From: Amoebidium appalachense
Taxonomy: Eukaryota > Protista > Ichthyosporea
Length of the DNA: 64,000 nt
Direction: 5' to 3'
Assembly: GCA_963693365.1 (NCBI GenBank)
Contig: CAVNZM010000004.1
Coordinates: 1,671,449 to 1,735,448, forward strand
Within the stretch, counting starts at the first letter, position 1, and the number at the start of each line of letters is the position of its first letter. Under the pieces are notes generated by a model that had not been told where the DNA came from, did not search any database, and saw only the letters and a program-made list of their open reading frames with translations. Shown piece by piece: positions 11,034-23,667 of this stretch. The translations under genes were made by a program, and so were the position numbers.

Positions 11034-11065
11034 AAGAAAGGAGACACCGCCTCAGTAGGTGGTAG
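10932..11065 (-). mobile_element. Same MITE family, copy 2, inverted, with a 10-bp TSD
   Basis: Reverse complement of copy 1. Flanked by GGGCCATTGC at 10922-10931 and 11066-11075. Confidence 0.88.
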
Positions 11066-11330
11066 GGGCCATTGCCATAGTCCTGCACCCAGGCGAGTCC
11101 CATCAGGGCATCCGATCCCCAATGCGCTACATCCCGGGATTCAAACCAGGTGCCTCCTGCGTCGGAGGCGAGGAGAAAAAACTTTCCGGAATAGCGGGCC
11201 ATTGCCATAGCTCTGCACCCAGGCGAGTCCCATCAGGGCATCCGATTCCCAATGCGCTACATCCCGGGATTCGAACCAGGTGCCTCCTGCGTCGGAGGCG
11301 AGGAGCTTATCCGCTCGGCCTCAGCATGGC
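11066..11330 (-). mobile_element. tRNA-derived (Arg-CCG-like) SINE or LINE 5' head, two tandem units
   Basis: Minus strand 11330-11256 reads GCCATGCTGAGGCCGAGCGGATAAGCTCCTCGCCTCCGACGCAGGAGGCACCTGGTTCGAATCCCGGGATGTAGC: A-box-like, B box GGTTCGAATCC, anticodon loop CTCCGAC, poorly paired acceptor stem. Unit 11196-11330 is repeated, head-truncated, at 11066-11175. Confidence 0.8.
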
Positions 11331-12192
11331 ACAAGTAAGGGTATCTGATGTGAGACTATCGGTACACTCTATATTGGGAGGGTTCAGTGATGTAAGACTA
11401 TCGGTACACTTGTATGAACGTGCCTGCCATGTATGAACGTGCTACTAGGCACGCTAGCAAGTGGGCACGACAGGCAAAGAGGGACAAGGACCTGTGCGTA
11501 GGTGGCAGTCGCCTGTATTGCACACTCGGTAGCGCGAAGTAGACGTCAGACAAGACAGGGAGAGACTGAAGGAGCCTAGGAATGAGGACGTGTGGAGGAC
11601 TATATAGGCTAGGTGGGGGGGTCTATCAGGATGAGGGGGGCTCTAGTGTGCGGGGTATCTCCCGTATATCTCGCTCATACACACTCTATATTGGAGGGTT
11701 TTCATTGGGGAGCCACTTTCATCCAATCCATCATTCGATCTAGTTTGCACCCTTCTGAGAAAGCATGCTGTGACCATGTGCCAATCACATATACGTATTT
11801 CTTTTTTCTACATACCACTCTTCATCCCCCACACTAAGCTTTTTTTTTCGCGCTTTTTTTGCACCACACACTGCCTCTTTGTTTTTCGCTTACCGTCCTC
11901 TGGGTAGTACTCACCTGTCATTTCTGTCACCTCGCTTAGCTGGAGTAACAGAACTGACTTAAACTTCTTGCAGATATTTGGCCATTCTACCCCGGTGGCT
12001 GCAGGTCCCTCCCAGGTAAAACAGCTACATACACAACAGACACTCCTTTGCTAGACACCAGCTAATGCAGTGTGTCCTTTCAGATGCCTCCCACGCGTCC
12101 TCACCGGCAGTATGGCCCAGTGGAGACCTTTTCCTTCTCAGACGACGGCGCAAGGTGTGCATGCCTGTTTCCCCTTCTCTCTCTCTCTCCCC

Positions 12193-12223
<31 letters not shown>

Positions 12224-12707
12224 ACCCCTTCCTCCTATCGCAGGGCTAGGCTAGTACGGAAGAGGGGGGGGGGGGGGGGGGGGGGGAGGAGGGGGGAGGG
12301 GGCTTATTGCTTGTTTATGAGGATGTATCTTTTTTCAGATTACTTCACTTTTTCTGATGATTGCTCTTTTTGTGATCCCCGTATGGCACTAATGAATGTC
12401 CATCACATGTGCCCTACAGACACAGCGCATGCCTCCTTGCAGCCGGCCAACAGTGATTCTATCGGGCAGTCAATGCCCCCTTCCGCCGCGGATTCCTCCG
12501 GGATGCAGGGTAGTGATCCTAACTGAGAGGATATCTGAGTGCTGGCATTAGTAGTTTCGTTGACGGCCACATGCCATGCATTAAATTTAGGGGAAGGGGG
12601 GATGGGGGAGGGGGGGGGGGGGGGGGGGGGGGGGGGATGGGTACATGTGGGGGAAGGGTGGGGGAGGGGGGAGGTTAGATAGAAGGTAGGAGGGGGTGGG
12701 GAGGTGT

Positions 12708-12738
<31 letters not shown>

Positions 12739-12827
12739 GAGGGGGGGGGCTAACGGAGTGGGTAGATGTTTGGGGGGGGGGGGGGTGTTGTTTTTGTACG
12801 GGTCTAAGGGAGCAGAGTGCACAGAGG

Positions 12828-13534
12828 TGTCATGTAAAACACGACTAACAGATTAATGAGAGGGCAATCGGAGTTGTTCACGAGACATTGAAAGATTCAA
12901 ACAACAACTGATTCTTTATTGTGCTCTCGGTTCCTTTTGTACTTGCGACTTATCACCTTATCACAACTAAAGAGGGAGAACCAATCGGTTCTATCAGAAG
13001 ATAGAAAAACACATTCCGACAGAGCATACGCATTCCAACTTCCGATTAAACTAAAGTTTAGAAACTCTTACTTAAATAAATTAAGTAATTATACATCTAG
13101 TCACTATTAACTCACATATGTATTTATGTTCGTCTCTATAAAGAAACTTATTTAAATACATATATTTCCTAACAGTCGACACTCTCAAAGTGAAGACACT
13201 TAGCAATAAACCGAATTCCATATATATCTATTGTCCAATCACAACACACATATATTAATAGACAGGAATGCACAACACAATCTACAGATGTACTCGCTCG
13301 CGACTATTGGCGAGCCATCCTTTTGAGAACAAAACTAGGCCATTTTGAAATAAAGGAAAGACAACGAGTGTAGCTAGCCAATCACGCTACCTCTCAGATA
13401 AACAGAGGAGAGCACACAGAAATAAAATACAATAAGTTCTTATCAGGCAAGAGAGCCAGGTGTGCACAGATCTACAGATATCTGTGCCCACAGAAACAAG
13501 GGAGAGAGAGATACCGGGGGGGGGGGGGGGGGGG

Positions 13535-13572
<38 letters not shown>

Positions 13573-13684
13573 AAAGAGAAAAGAGAAAGAGCACAAAGAA
13601 GGAAAGCAGACACGAATACAAACAAGGTAAGACACATACACACTTCAAGGCTCTTGCTGTCATACATGGTGACGTATTCCAACA
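12828..13684 (-). mobile_element. Putative solo LTR (~857 bp)
   Basis: AT-rich island in G-rich repeats with TG...CA termini. AATAAA ~85 nt from the 3' end. Its 3' end GTGTTTTACATGACA matches the 3' end of the 22850-23512 element. TSD imperfect (AGAGG/GGGGG). Confidence 0.55.
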
Positions 13685-13699
13685 GGGGGGGGCGGAGGG

Positions 13700-14185
13700 C
13701 AAGGACACTAAGAGGGGGGGATTTATGGAGATGGGAAATATGGGGGGGAGAGAGGGGGGGCCTGTGGGGGAAGGGGGGGGGGGGGGGTAGTTATGGTGGT
13801 GGTGGGGGGGGGGAGGGGGGGGGTGTTGGAGGGATTTGGGGGAGGTAGGGAGATGGGTGGTGAAATGCCCTCCCAAGGGGGGGGGGGGGGGGGGGGAGGG
13901 GGAGGGTAGTTAGAAGGTGGGGAGGGAGGGGGGGGGGGGGGGGGGGGGGGAGCTACCGGAGATGGGTAGATGTGGGGGGGGGGGGGGGGGGGTGAGGGGG
14001 GGACGGTGCAAGGATACTAAGAGGGGGGATGTATGGAGATGGGAAATGTGGGGGGAGGGGGGGGCGGGGGGGGGTGGAGGGGGGGGGGGGGGGGGGGGGG
14101 TAGTTACGGTAGCTACGGTGTGGGTGAAGTTAGCGGGGGGGGGGGGGGGGGGGGGGGGGGTGTGTGTGTGTGTGTGGTTTTTTTT

Positions 14186-14216
<31 letters not shown>

Positions 14217-14420
14217 GAGGGAGGGGTTGGAGGGATCTGGGGGAGGTAGGGGGATAGGTGGATGTTGGGGGGGGGGGGGGGGGGGGGGGTGGAAGGGTAG
14301 TTAGAAGGTGGGGGGGAGGGGGGGGGGAGCTAACAAGGGGGGGGGGGGGGAGGGGGGGGGGGGGGCGGTGCAAGGAAGGATACAAGAGGGATGGATGTTT
14401 GGACATGGGGAAATGTTGGG
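13700..14420. repeat. G-rich degenerate tandem repeat, ~3 units of ~300-350 bp
   Basis: Recurring motifs [64 protein letters not shown] and GGGTAGTTAGAAGGTGG. Confidence 0.75.
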
Positions 14421-15013
14421 GGGAGGGTGGGGGGAGGGAAGAGTTGAAGAGGTTGGCAGGTTGGGAGATGGGGGAGGTGGGGTGGAGGGAAGGGAATACA
14501 CCCAGCTGTTCTGGTATTCATCAGCATGCCAACCGGGCCCTACTATGTGGCTGCAGGGGGTGCAGGGGTGATGCTGCAAACGCCACAACCCAGTTTGGAT
14601 GCGGTGTTGGACAATCTATCCACTGAGATGGATGGTGTGAAATCCAACCCCAAGTCCAACCCCAAGTGACTCAAAATGGCGCTGCAACGCCTAGAAACCG
14701 AGTTTGCTGAGGTGAAGAAGAAGGACGGTGCATTCGTTCTCCCTCGGCAAAAGATGCGTAAGGGTCGGCAGGCACCCTATGCCCAGCACCGTCACTGCAT
14801 ACAGAAAGCCAAGGCAGCAGCTAGCCAGGTGGATGCCTCCGGTTATGCAGCGCTGCTGTCGAGTGTGCAAGACATCATGGGGTCCCTGGTCGGCCACACC
14901 AGTGGGCCCCAGATGACCGAAGCGGATGCTGCTGCTGCTTTGGGTGCCGCCAGCCTGCATGTCAGCGCCCCCCTCACAGAAGCTGCTGCCCATGGCGGCA
15001 CGCAATGGTATTC

Positions 15014-15044
<31 letters not shown>

Positions 15045-16917
15045 AAAAAAAAAAAAAACACACACACACACGCACACAAGCACACACACACACAAACACT
15101 CCACAAAAATCCCCCCCCCCCCCCCCCCCTCCCCCAATCTTCGCCCACTCCCCCCACCCTCCCTTGCTCTCCACCCCCCGAAGTTCACCCCCCCCCCCCC
15201 CCCCCCTCCACCTCACTCTCTCCGTCCCCTCCCCCTCCCCCTGCCCCTCCCCCCCTCACCGGCACTGGATCCTCGTCCCATCTGACTCCCTTCCTCCTAT
15301 TCTTAGCGTCATCTTTTTCTCTATCAACTGCTGTATCTGGCTTGCCCCTAGCCCCCAAGATTAAACACCCGAAGACACACAACGACAAGCATGCAACACT
15401 CACTTCTATTCAATTACCCGGTATATTACTGTGGGCACACTGGCAGGAGTAACCCTTCCCCCCCCCCTCCCCCCCCCCCCCCACCCTCCCCGCGCACGCA
15501 GCAGTCAAATTACCTTAATACCTTCCAAACATGAACTAGGACATCATGACATCCGATTCCATCCACACACCCGGGAACACACAACGAAAACCTGCATGCT
15601 AATGCACTACACACCCCCTTCCGTGTGCATCATGTGAACTTATGGGGCTGCGGGACGATTGCTTACTATTGCCCTTTCAGCCTACGCACCGCCACATCAT
15701 CTCGCAGTAGTGGCTGCCGTATCTGCAAGCAGCTACGCCATCGGAGCCCTCGGTGCCCGCAGCTTGTAGGGAGGAGGCAGGCCACCAAGGAGGACTTTGA
15801 GCGCTGGATGGATAAGCCGGCCGAGTGTGTGGTGGAGCCACATGAAGTCGGGCTGGTGCACGGCATCCCCAATCGAAACAAGACTGCAAGTGAGTGGGTG
15901 CACGTGGAGGTTGTGGCCCGGGTGGATGTTAGGTCCGGTGGTGGTGAGGACCGGACCCCGGCACTCCAAATCCGGGGGCTGGATGAGCAGCTACGCCCGA
16001 GTGGCCCAGAGCATGAATTTACCATCTCTATGGAGAACTTAAGTCGGTACTTTAGGAGTAAGAACGGGCCGGTAGCTAGAATGCTTCTTGTCCCTGCGTT
16101 CTAGTTGGACATATTGCAATGTTGTGTTGAGAAACTATTTGTATCACATAGCTTCTGTTGAGCATGCGGTTTCGGTGCATGCATGTGTGGGTGGGTTGGT
16201 GTTAGGTGATGGTGGTAGTTGGTTAGGTTGGTGGGTGGATGGGTGGGGGGGGGGGAGGGGGGGGGGGAGGGGGGCTTAGCTTGAGTTATACTTTTGAGAC
16301 ATGTTGGGTTTACAGTGCTGTACATAGCTCGTGTTTATGTGGAAGGTGACAAGAGGTTGCTCCCTCTTTACTGTGTACATAGAAGAAAAAAATGCATTGT
16401 TTTGGGCGATTCCTTTTAATAAGGGCACAGTGAGGCCAAAACTACCGCGGTGCAGGGCCATATACCTCGTGTGTGCTTTGCTCACACCTCTCAAACATTA
16501 TCTTGCCTCTTTTCTCCGTTGGCCCAATCTGTGCAACCTTCAGGCCAAATCCCCCCTTCCCCCCCCCCCCCCCCTTCCTCCCTCCCCCCCCCCTCCCTCC
16601 CCCCCCTCCCCCCCCCCCCCCCCGGGCACTTGTGGGCGTCTGGCTCGCATTCACCCACATGTGCACACGTGCGCGCGCGCGCACACACACACACACACAC
16701 AAAGGTTTTTAAAACTATCGCGCACGCGCACACACACACACACACACAAAGGTTTTTTAAAATAATGGCGACCTTCCACCGGCCTCCCTGTCCCGCTTCC
16801 TCCCCCCCCCCCCCCCCCCCCCCCCTCCCCCCCCCCCCCCCCCCCCCCTCCCCCTGGGCCTCACGCAATTAAAGTTGTGTGTGTGTGTGAACACCATTCA
16901 GTGTCTGTGTCTGTGTG

Positions 16918-17020
<103 letters not shown>

Positions 17021-17097
17021 GTGCGTGTGCGTGTGTATGTGCGCGCACACACGTTTATGCGTGTTTGTGTGTGGTGTGTGTCACAGTGTACGCGCAC

Positions 17098-17151
<54 letters not shown>

Positions 17152-17291
17152 ACATTATTTATGAGTGACCTTCGACCGGCCTCTATCCTCTCCCCTTCTC
17201 CCGCCCCCCCAACCCTTCTCCCCTCCCTCCCCCCCCCCCCCCCCCCCTGCCCCTCCCCCCGGTCCCCTCCCCTCTCCTCGGGCAACTGAAT

Positions 17292-17360
<69 letters not shown>

Positions 17361-17971
17361 CTGTGTGTGTGTGTGTCCGTGTGTGTGACTGTGTGTGTGT
17401 GTGTCCGTGTGTGTCTGTGTTTGTGTTTGTGTCACTGAGTGTGTGTGTGAACACCATTCGTTTGATGTTAATCTAAACAAGCACACCCCTTGTCCTATAG
17501 TAGTAGTAGTATACGTGCATGCGTTACTTACACATTATTGGGTTTTTAAATAAGTACCCACAGAAAAGCTTCCAGCACCGGATATTGCACCCAAAGTAGG
17601 TGGGGGGGGTAGGAAAGGAGCCCATGAAGAGCAAAACCACAGCTTCGTTTGTGTGCGTGTGTACATGTGTGTGTGTGTCGGGGGGGGGGGGGGGGGGGGG
17701 GGGGGGGAATGCATTAACTAGCCCGGCTGGGGACAATATGTGTAGTGGCTGCTATGTACACAACCCCCCTTTCGTGTGACAACGAATCACACCTGTACAA
17801 TGCGGTATACCTGTGAAACCCTGCATGCTCGCTCCTCGCCTCCCCTATTACCGTTGGATTGATTTTCACGTGCCAGAACTCAAGGTACCCCTGTGTGCAG
17901 ATGTGCAAACGCTTTCTTGACCACAAATCAGGGAGGGACATGTCACATATCTGATTGTGTATTGGGCGAAA

Positions 17972-18008
<37 letters not shown>

Positions 18009-18072
18009 TCCCCTCCCCCCTCCCCTCGTAAGACAACCTAACCTTACCCACCTACGTCAGCTATTATATGCC

Positions 18073-18132
<60 letters not shown>

Positions 18133-18860
18133 CGCGCGCGTGTCTGTGCGTGTGTGCCCGTGTGTGTGTGTGTGCGCACGTGCGCATGTGAGAGTACTGT
18201 AGGCTAGTGGGTGAGGGAGTCCGTGCGTGCGCCGTCAGTGTGTGCAGTTTGAGTGTGTGTGTGTGTGCGTGCGCGCGTGTGTGTGCATGCGCGTGCGTGC
18301 GTGCGTGTGTGTATGTGTGTGTGTGAAAAAGACCCGAGGGGGAGGGACAGTTCATATTATGTATTGGACGGAGTCCAGATCCAATGCTAGTGTTTTATTG
18401 GCACAGGGTTGTATGTACACGCCTAAGCATGCCTCCCACCGGTGGAACTTTGAAAAAGTCCTGCACCGGTGCATGAACACTATAAACACCTATCCGTTTT
18501 TTTCCTTGGCGCCCAGTGCCAGGACATACGAAATTACCTCACGGGGAAGGATATGTAGAGACGATTACATACAGTTTCCATAAAGCCAGTCCGGTACATA
18601 TACAGCATGTTCTTGAACCGATAACACAATTTGACTTGCAGTGTGTGCTCAGATGTTTCGTGCACGTGATAATGGACGACACACAACAACAACAGCAGCA
18701 GCAGACAGCAAGTACTAGTGGTCACTGAGAACTTTCTCACAAGACTGTTGCTGACAAATCAAACAAAGTCAGCGCCCCACCGCAGCAGCCTGTGACGGAA
18801 GGGCTCCTTGAGGCTAATTGGTTGCTGCCCTCTGCAACACCTGAAGGCACAAAGGAGATG

Positions 18861-18931
<71 letters not shown>

Positions 18932-19117
18932 TGTGTGGGTAGGTGTGGGTGAATGTGTATGTGTGTGTGCGCGTGGGTGCGTGCGTGCGTCGGTGCTGGC
19001 AGTAGTGGTTACTGTTAATGCTGCGGGGGGCCGGGGGGGAAGGGGGGGGGAGGTGGGGATGGTCAGGTAAGAACAGGATGTGGATTAGGGTGGATGTATG
19101 CGGGTTGGCGGAGAGCC

Positions 19118-19148
<31 letters not shown>

Positions 19149-21000
19149 AAAAAAAAAACAAAACAAACAAAAAAAAACCTTGTAGCTCGAATAGAGCCCC
19201 CCTTGTCCTCTAGTAACCGTAATGATGTGCATGCATTACTTGCACACTCTTGGGCTTTTCAAGCTTACAGCTTACTTTCCACCTCCCCCTGCACCTCAGC
19301 GAACCCCAAACCACAGCCATACACCTCCAGACACTCAAGAGCCCTGCACTTTATTCTATGATCTTCTAGATCCGACCCTCCATCAAACCCCAACAGGTAC
19401 CGCAGCATACACGGACCTCACCCAAACAATAAACACGATGATCCCACCTTGTTCATCGTGGATCTCGTTAAGCGTTCGCCAGTTGCACTCACAAGCAGCA
19501 CAGTGCCTGCCTCCTTGTGGCTATCCAGCAGCACTTTCCTTTCCTGCCTGCCGACAGTCTGAGATTGTAGAACACGGATTAATACACCACAAGTAGTGTC
19601 CACATAACACACCACAAGTTGGTGTATGTATGTTTGTCTGTACCAAGCCAGCCTGAGCCTGCGCGCGGGGGAGGAGGGGGGGGAGGGGGGGGGGGGGGGG
19701 GGGCATGTTTTTGCAAGTACGCATGCAGCACTGCAAATGCATGTCTGTACAGGTGTGTTGCATGTGTGCCTGTGCGGGTTGGCATAGATGGGTACATCAT
19801 CCTCTTAGAGGCACCATGGGAGCTAGCCTTGTTCCTGTTGACGTTCTTTGGCAATTTATTCCTTGCCTCCTGCACACGACACAACGAAATGATAAGTGCG
19901 ATAGCGCCCCCCCCCCCCCCCCCCCCCCCCCCCCCGCCCCTCCCCAAACCCCCCACGCGCAACATCCTTCTGTCCTCCAACCCCCCCTCCCCCCCCCCCC
20001 CCCCCCCCTTTCCCGGCAACACCCTTCTTCCCGCAACCCCCCCCAACCCCCCTCCCCCTCCTTTTCCGGCAACACCGAACCCCCCCCCCCCCCCCCCCCA
20101 TCACCACCACCCGCACCACCAGACTGACAGCCCCAGACGACAGCCCAGTTAAAACACAAAAGCAACAAGGCACAAGTTCTGCATGCCAACAACAGTGCAG
20201 CACACAGTGTGCAGCACAACAAAGTGCAGTGATACAACACAAACGACAACACAGATCCTCCCCCAACATTGCCTGGTTGTCACATACCTTAAGATTTGTT
20301 CCAAGCTTTTCTCCAGCTCTTCTGTGGACATACATGTGAGTAAATACCACATTGTGACAATATAACCCCCCCCCCCCCCCCCCCCCCCCCACCCACCCAC
20401 CCCCGCGCCCCCCTTCCCATCGAGGGAAAGACCCTCAACCTCCCCCAAATCCAAATTACCATATTCCCAACTCTTGGAGGCAGCCCCCCGCCCCCTTCCC
20501 CTCCCCCCCCCCCACACACACATTTCCTCTTACACCCTTCTCCCTCTCATCGTCTATCAGTCGCTTTGGATGGAGGGCGGGGGGGGGGGGGGGGGGGGGG
20601 GGGAGGGGGGAGGCTTATATAACAACACGAAAATTGGGCAGCAGTCTGTGCAGACAATCCAGGTAGAAAGTACATAAGAATAGCCACTCTCGGACATGGG
20701 TCCACATGGACACACACAAACATACACACAAATAAACGCAGTCACACCTACATACTGACTCATACATCCACATACCTACAGCAACATCACAGCCTGTCAC
20801 ACCGGCAAACACATGAGAAGATTAGTACAGAACATGCACACCATGTATTTGGAACATACTATCAGCCTGGTGACCCACCTTTGGCATTGTCAAGGTCCAG
20901 AGCTTCAAACCCGTCTATGAGCTGTATGACGTCGTCATCTACCAAATAAGGCTGTGAGCAATCAAATGTGGGCTGTTGTTTGTTTGGAGCATGTCCTATA

Positions 21001-21300
21001 AGAAAGGTACAGACACCTAGAAGAAAGGTACACCACCGACAGAGAGATTATAAGGGCCCAGGGAAAGGTACAGACACCTAGAAGAAAGGTACAGACACCA
21101 CCGACAGAGAGATTATAAGGGCCCAGGGAAAGGTACAGACACCTAGAAGAAAGGTACAGACACCACCGACAGAGAGATTATAATGGCCCGGGGAAAGGTA
21201 CAGACAACTAGAAGAAAGGTACAGACAACTAGAAGAAAGGTACAGACACCTAGAAGCAAGGTACAGACACCTAGAAGAAAGGTACAGACACCACCGACAA
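21001..21300. repeat. Minisatellite with a 21-bp unit and a ~62-bp higher-order unit
   Basis: AAAGGTACAGACACCTAGAAG units alternate with ACCACCGACAGAGAGATTATAAGGGCCCAGGG. Degenerate AGGTACAGAC motifs continue to ~22030 and ~24210. Confidence 0.92.
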
Positions 21301-22849
21301 AGCAAGTTTAAGACATACTATACAGATGGAACTGCTACAGACACAAGATACACAACACTTTGTCCCAAGCAAAGGTATAGACACAGCTTACAGAGGGAAG
21401 GTTGCTACGGGCACAACATGAAGATGGAAGGTACAGACAGAAAGTACTGTTGTATAATATGATCGTGTGTCCGTGACAAAACAATATATTTTTGAATGAA
21501 CGGGGTTGCTAGTCCTACTTACACCTAGTAAGACGAGCACACTGAGTGAGCTCTGAAGCCCCCGAATCGGAGCTCGCACAGCGGCTCAGACATGTGCATC
21601 GGTACGTCCTTTTGGCTACGAGAGCCAATCACATACGGTTCACGGTTCTGTCCCATGGCATCACGGTTTCAATAAACTAAGTGAGCCAATCGGGTGACAG
21701 TACTTGACTAGCAATGCATCCACAGTCATACCTCACGGCTACTTCCCATGATAAAACTACGATATATAAACGCTCATGGTTCCTCTACTGCGTGTCGGTC
21801 CCATGCGACTATCATATCTGTTTTCCCATCAATAATCATGCAAGCTGCACGTGCACATATGTCTAATTCCATGCTCATGTGCACAAGACTGGGGGGGACA
21901 TGCATACTGGCCTACCTAAGATCAAACACAGTGGTATATATACATGTACACACGCGCGTATATCTCAACCTGTGTACATCCATACTAGATATCCGGTATA
22001 ATATACCACAGGTACAGACAGTAGACAACATAGGGAAGTTACAGACACAGAAAGCACATACATGTATAAGCACAGACGGAGCCTGAACATTCGTGATATT
22101 CCTTCGCTTCCTTGCAACGAGTTGTTTTGTGTGTGTGTGTGAGGGGAAGGGAGGGGGGGGGGGGAGGGGTTGTCGTATCCTACTATATGTGTACTAGAGA
22201 CGCGGCACTCTACTAAGTGTACACACACGAAAAGGAACGAACGTGTACGGAAAAACGGTAAAGTTTATTCAGACCAGGCTCCGACGGGCAAACTTAGATC
22301 CGTACGGAATGAGTCTAAGTTACGACTGAGGCCATCAAGGCCGTGCCCTCTAAGATCATCATCACCTGGCCCCCTACGATGCCACATTCCATTAACATTC
22401 CGATCTACTTTTATCGTGCGCCTGCACGAGCTAAGTCGATCTACTCAACTAATATATTTATCCATGTCTCACCCCTCACCCTCCCCCTAGTGGCACCGCA
22501 GAGTCTAAATCTACATTTCATACTATCCTCCCCCCCCCCTCCCTCCCCCCCTTTCCTCTACATCTACATATATAAATACGTTTGGCAACATACACTATCT
22601 AACCTTGCCAATACTTACAAAAGGGCTTCTGCCCGAACAATCACATTCCTAAGTCCTCCTACGATCTATCCTACACACTAATTAGAATTCTATTGGACGG
22701 CGGTCCCGGCTGACGTGGTCCAATGCCCTGCGCCGGCAGAGGCAAGATGCACGCAGCTGTACAGCTATCTTGAGGCCCCGGACTTGATCTTGATGATCTG
22801 TGGACCCGGGCCACCCCCCCCACCCCCCCCCCCCCCCCCCCCCCCCCCC

Positions 22850-23512
22850 TGTCATCTTCACTTAATTCTCAGCAAGACTTAGAAGTTGAGTTTGGTATTT
22901 ATTTATTAGTTGTTGTAGTTTGTTTCCTTTTCCTTTCTTCATTTCTTTCTTTCTTTTCCGTTTCCGTGTACACGACATCTTAGATCTGTGTACGTATCGA
23001 CATACTTAGCTCGCGCACACGTATTGTCGTTTGCGTCAAAATCTATATATGTCATCCAATCATATCTCGTTTGTATTTTCCCAAATATAGTAACTTACAT
23101 TCCTTTCTCATTCCTTTCCCACGACGTAGCATTGTGCTATGTTCTTCAACTATTAGGAAAAATTATATTTAGACGTGTTATGATAAGAACATGTATAAAT
23201 ATATGTTATGAATTAATAGTTACATAAGTGGTTTCATTTTATTAAATGTTTCCGTGCTTTTATTAGAAGTTTCTTTCATTAGAGGATTGAGTTTTATATT
23301 CTAAATGTCGACAGACATTTTATTCGATATATTTTACACTCATAGTTTTCATTCTTTTGATTGGTTTATCGTTTCACATTCCCAAGTATAAAAGGGACCT
23401 CATCTTGAAATAAATCATAAGCAGTCGTATTCACTTCCTATGGTTCCAGAAATCGTTCCTCCTCTCCGGTTGTGTTTTTCCCGTGTGTCTTTGTGTTGTG
23501 TTTTACATAACA
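22850..23512 (+). mobile_element. Putative solo LTR (~663 bp)
   Basis: TGTCAT...ATAACA termini, TATAAAA at 23387, AATAAA at 23409, AT-rich. Begins right after a long C run. TSD imperfect (CCCCC/CCCAT). Confidence 0.6.
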
Positions 23513-23631
23513 CCCATCTGTGCTCTCTGCTTCTCCGTTTACCCACACAAAATAACACCCCCCCCCCCGATCTCGATCGTAGACTTAGGCTGATCTGATT
23601 AGTATATGTCAGGGGTGGTGGTGGTGGTGGT

Positions 23632-23667
<36 letters not shown>

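Larger units (their letters stand above)
11974..16104 (+). pseudogene. Spliced gene or pseudogene ending in a CCHC zinc-knuckle exon; possibly transposon-derived
   Basis: AG/GT-bounded exon-like blocks at ~11974-12015, ~12084-12155, ~12420-12510, ~14567-15007 and 15681-16104. The last encodes CRICKQLRHRSPRC. In-frame TGA at ~14667 follows a 12-bp duplication (TCCAACCCCAAG x2). Exon joining not verified. Confidence 0.45.

Noticed and set aside
11256-11330. Functional tRNA-Arg(CCG) gene
   Set aside because: The acceptor stem is poorly paired, there is no Pol III T-run terminator, and it is fused to a repeated body.
21001-21300. CRISPR-like repeat/spacer periodicity
   Set aside because: The 'spacers' are themselves repeated, there are no cas genes, and the context is eukaryotic: a minisatellite.
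22171-22677. Fourth solo LTR (TGTCGTA...TACACA after a G tract)
   Set aside because: No TSD, second copy or empty site supports the boundaries.
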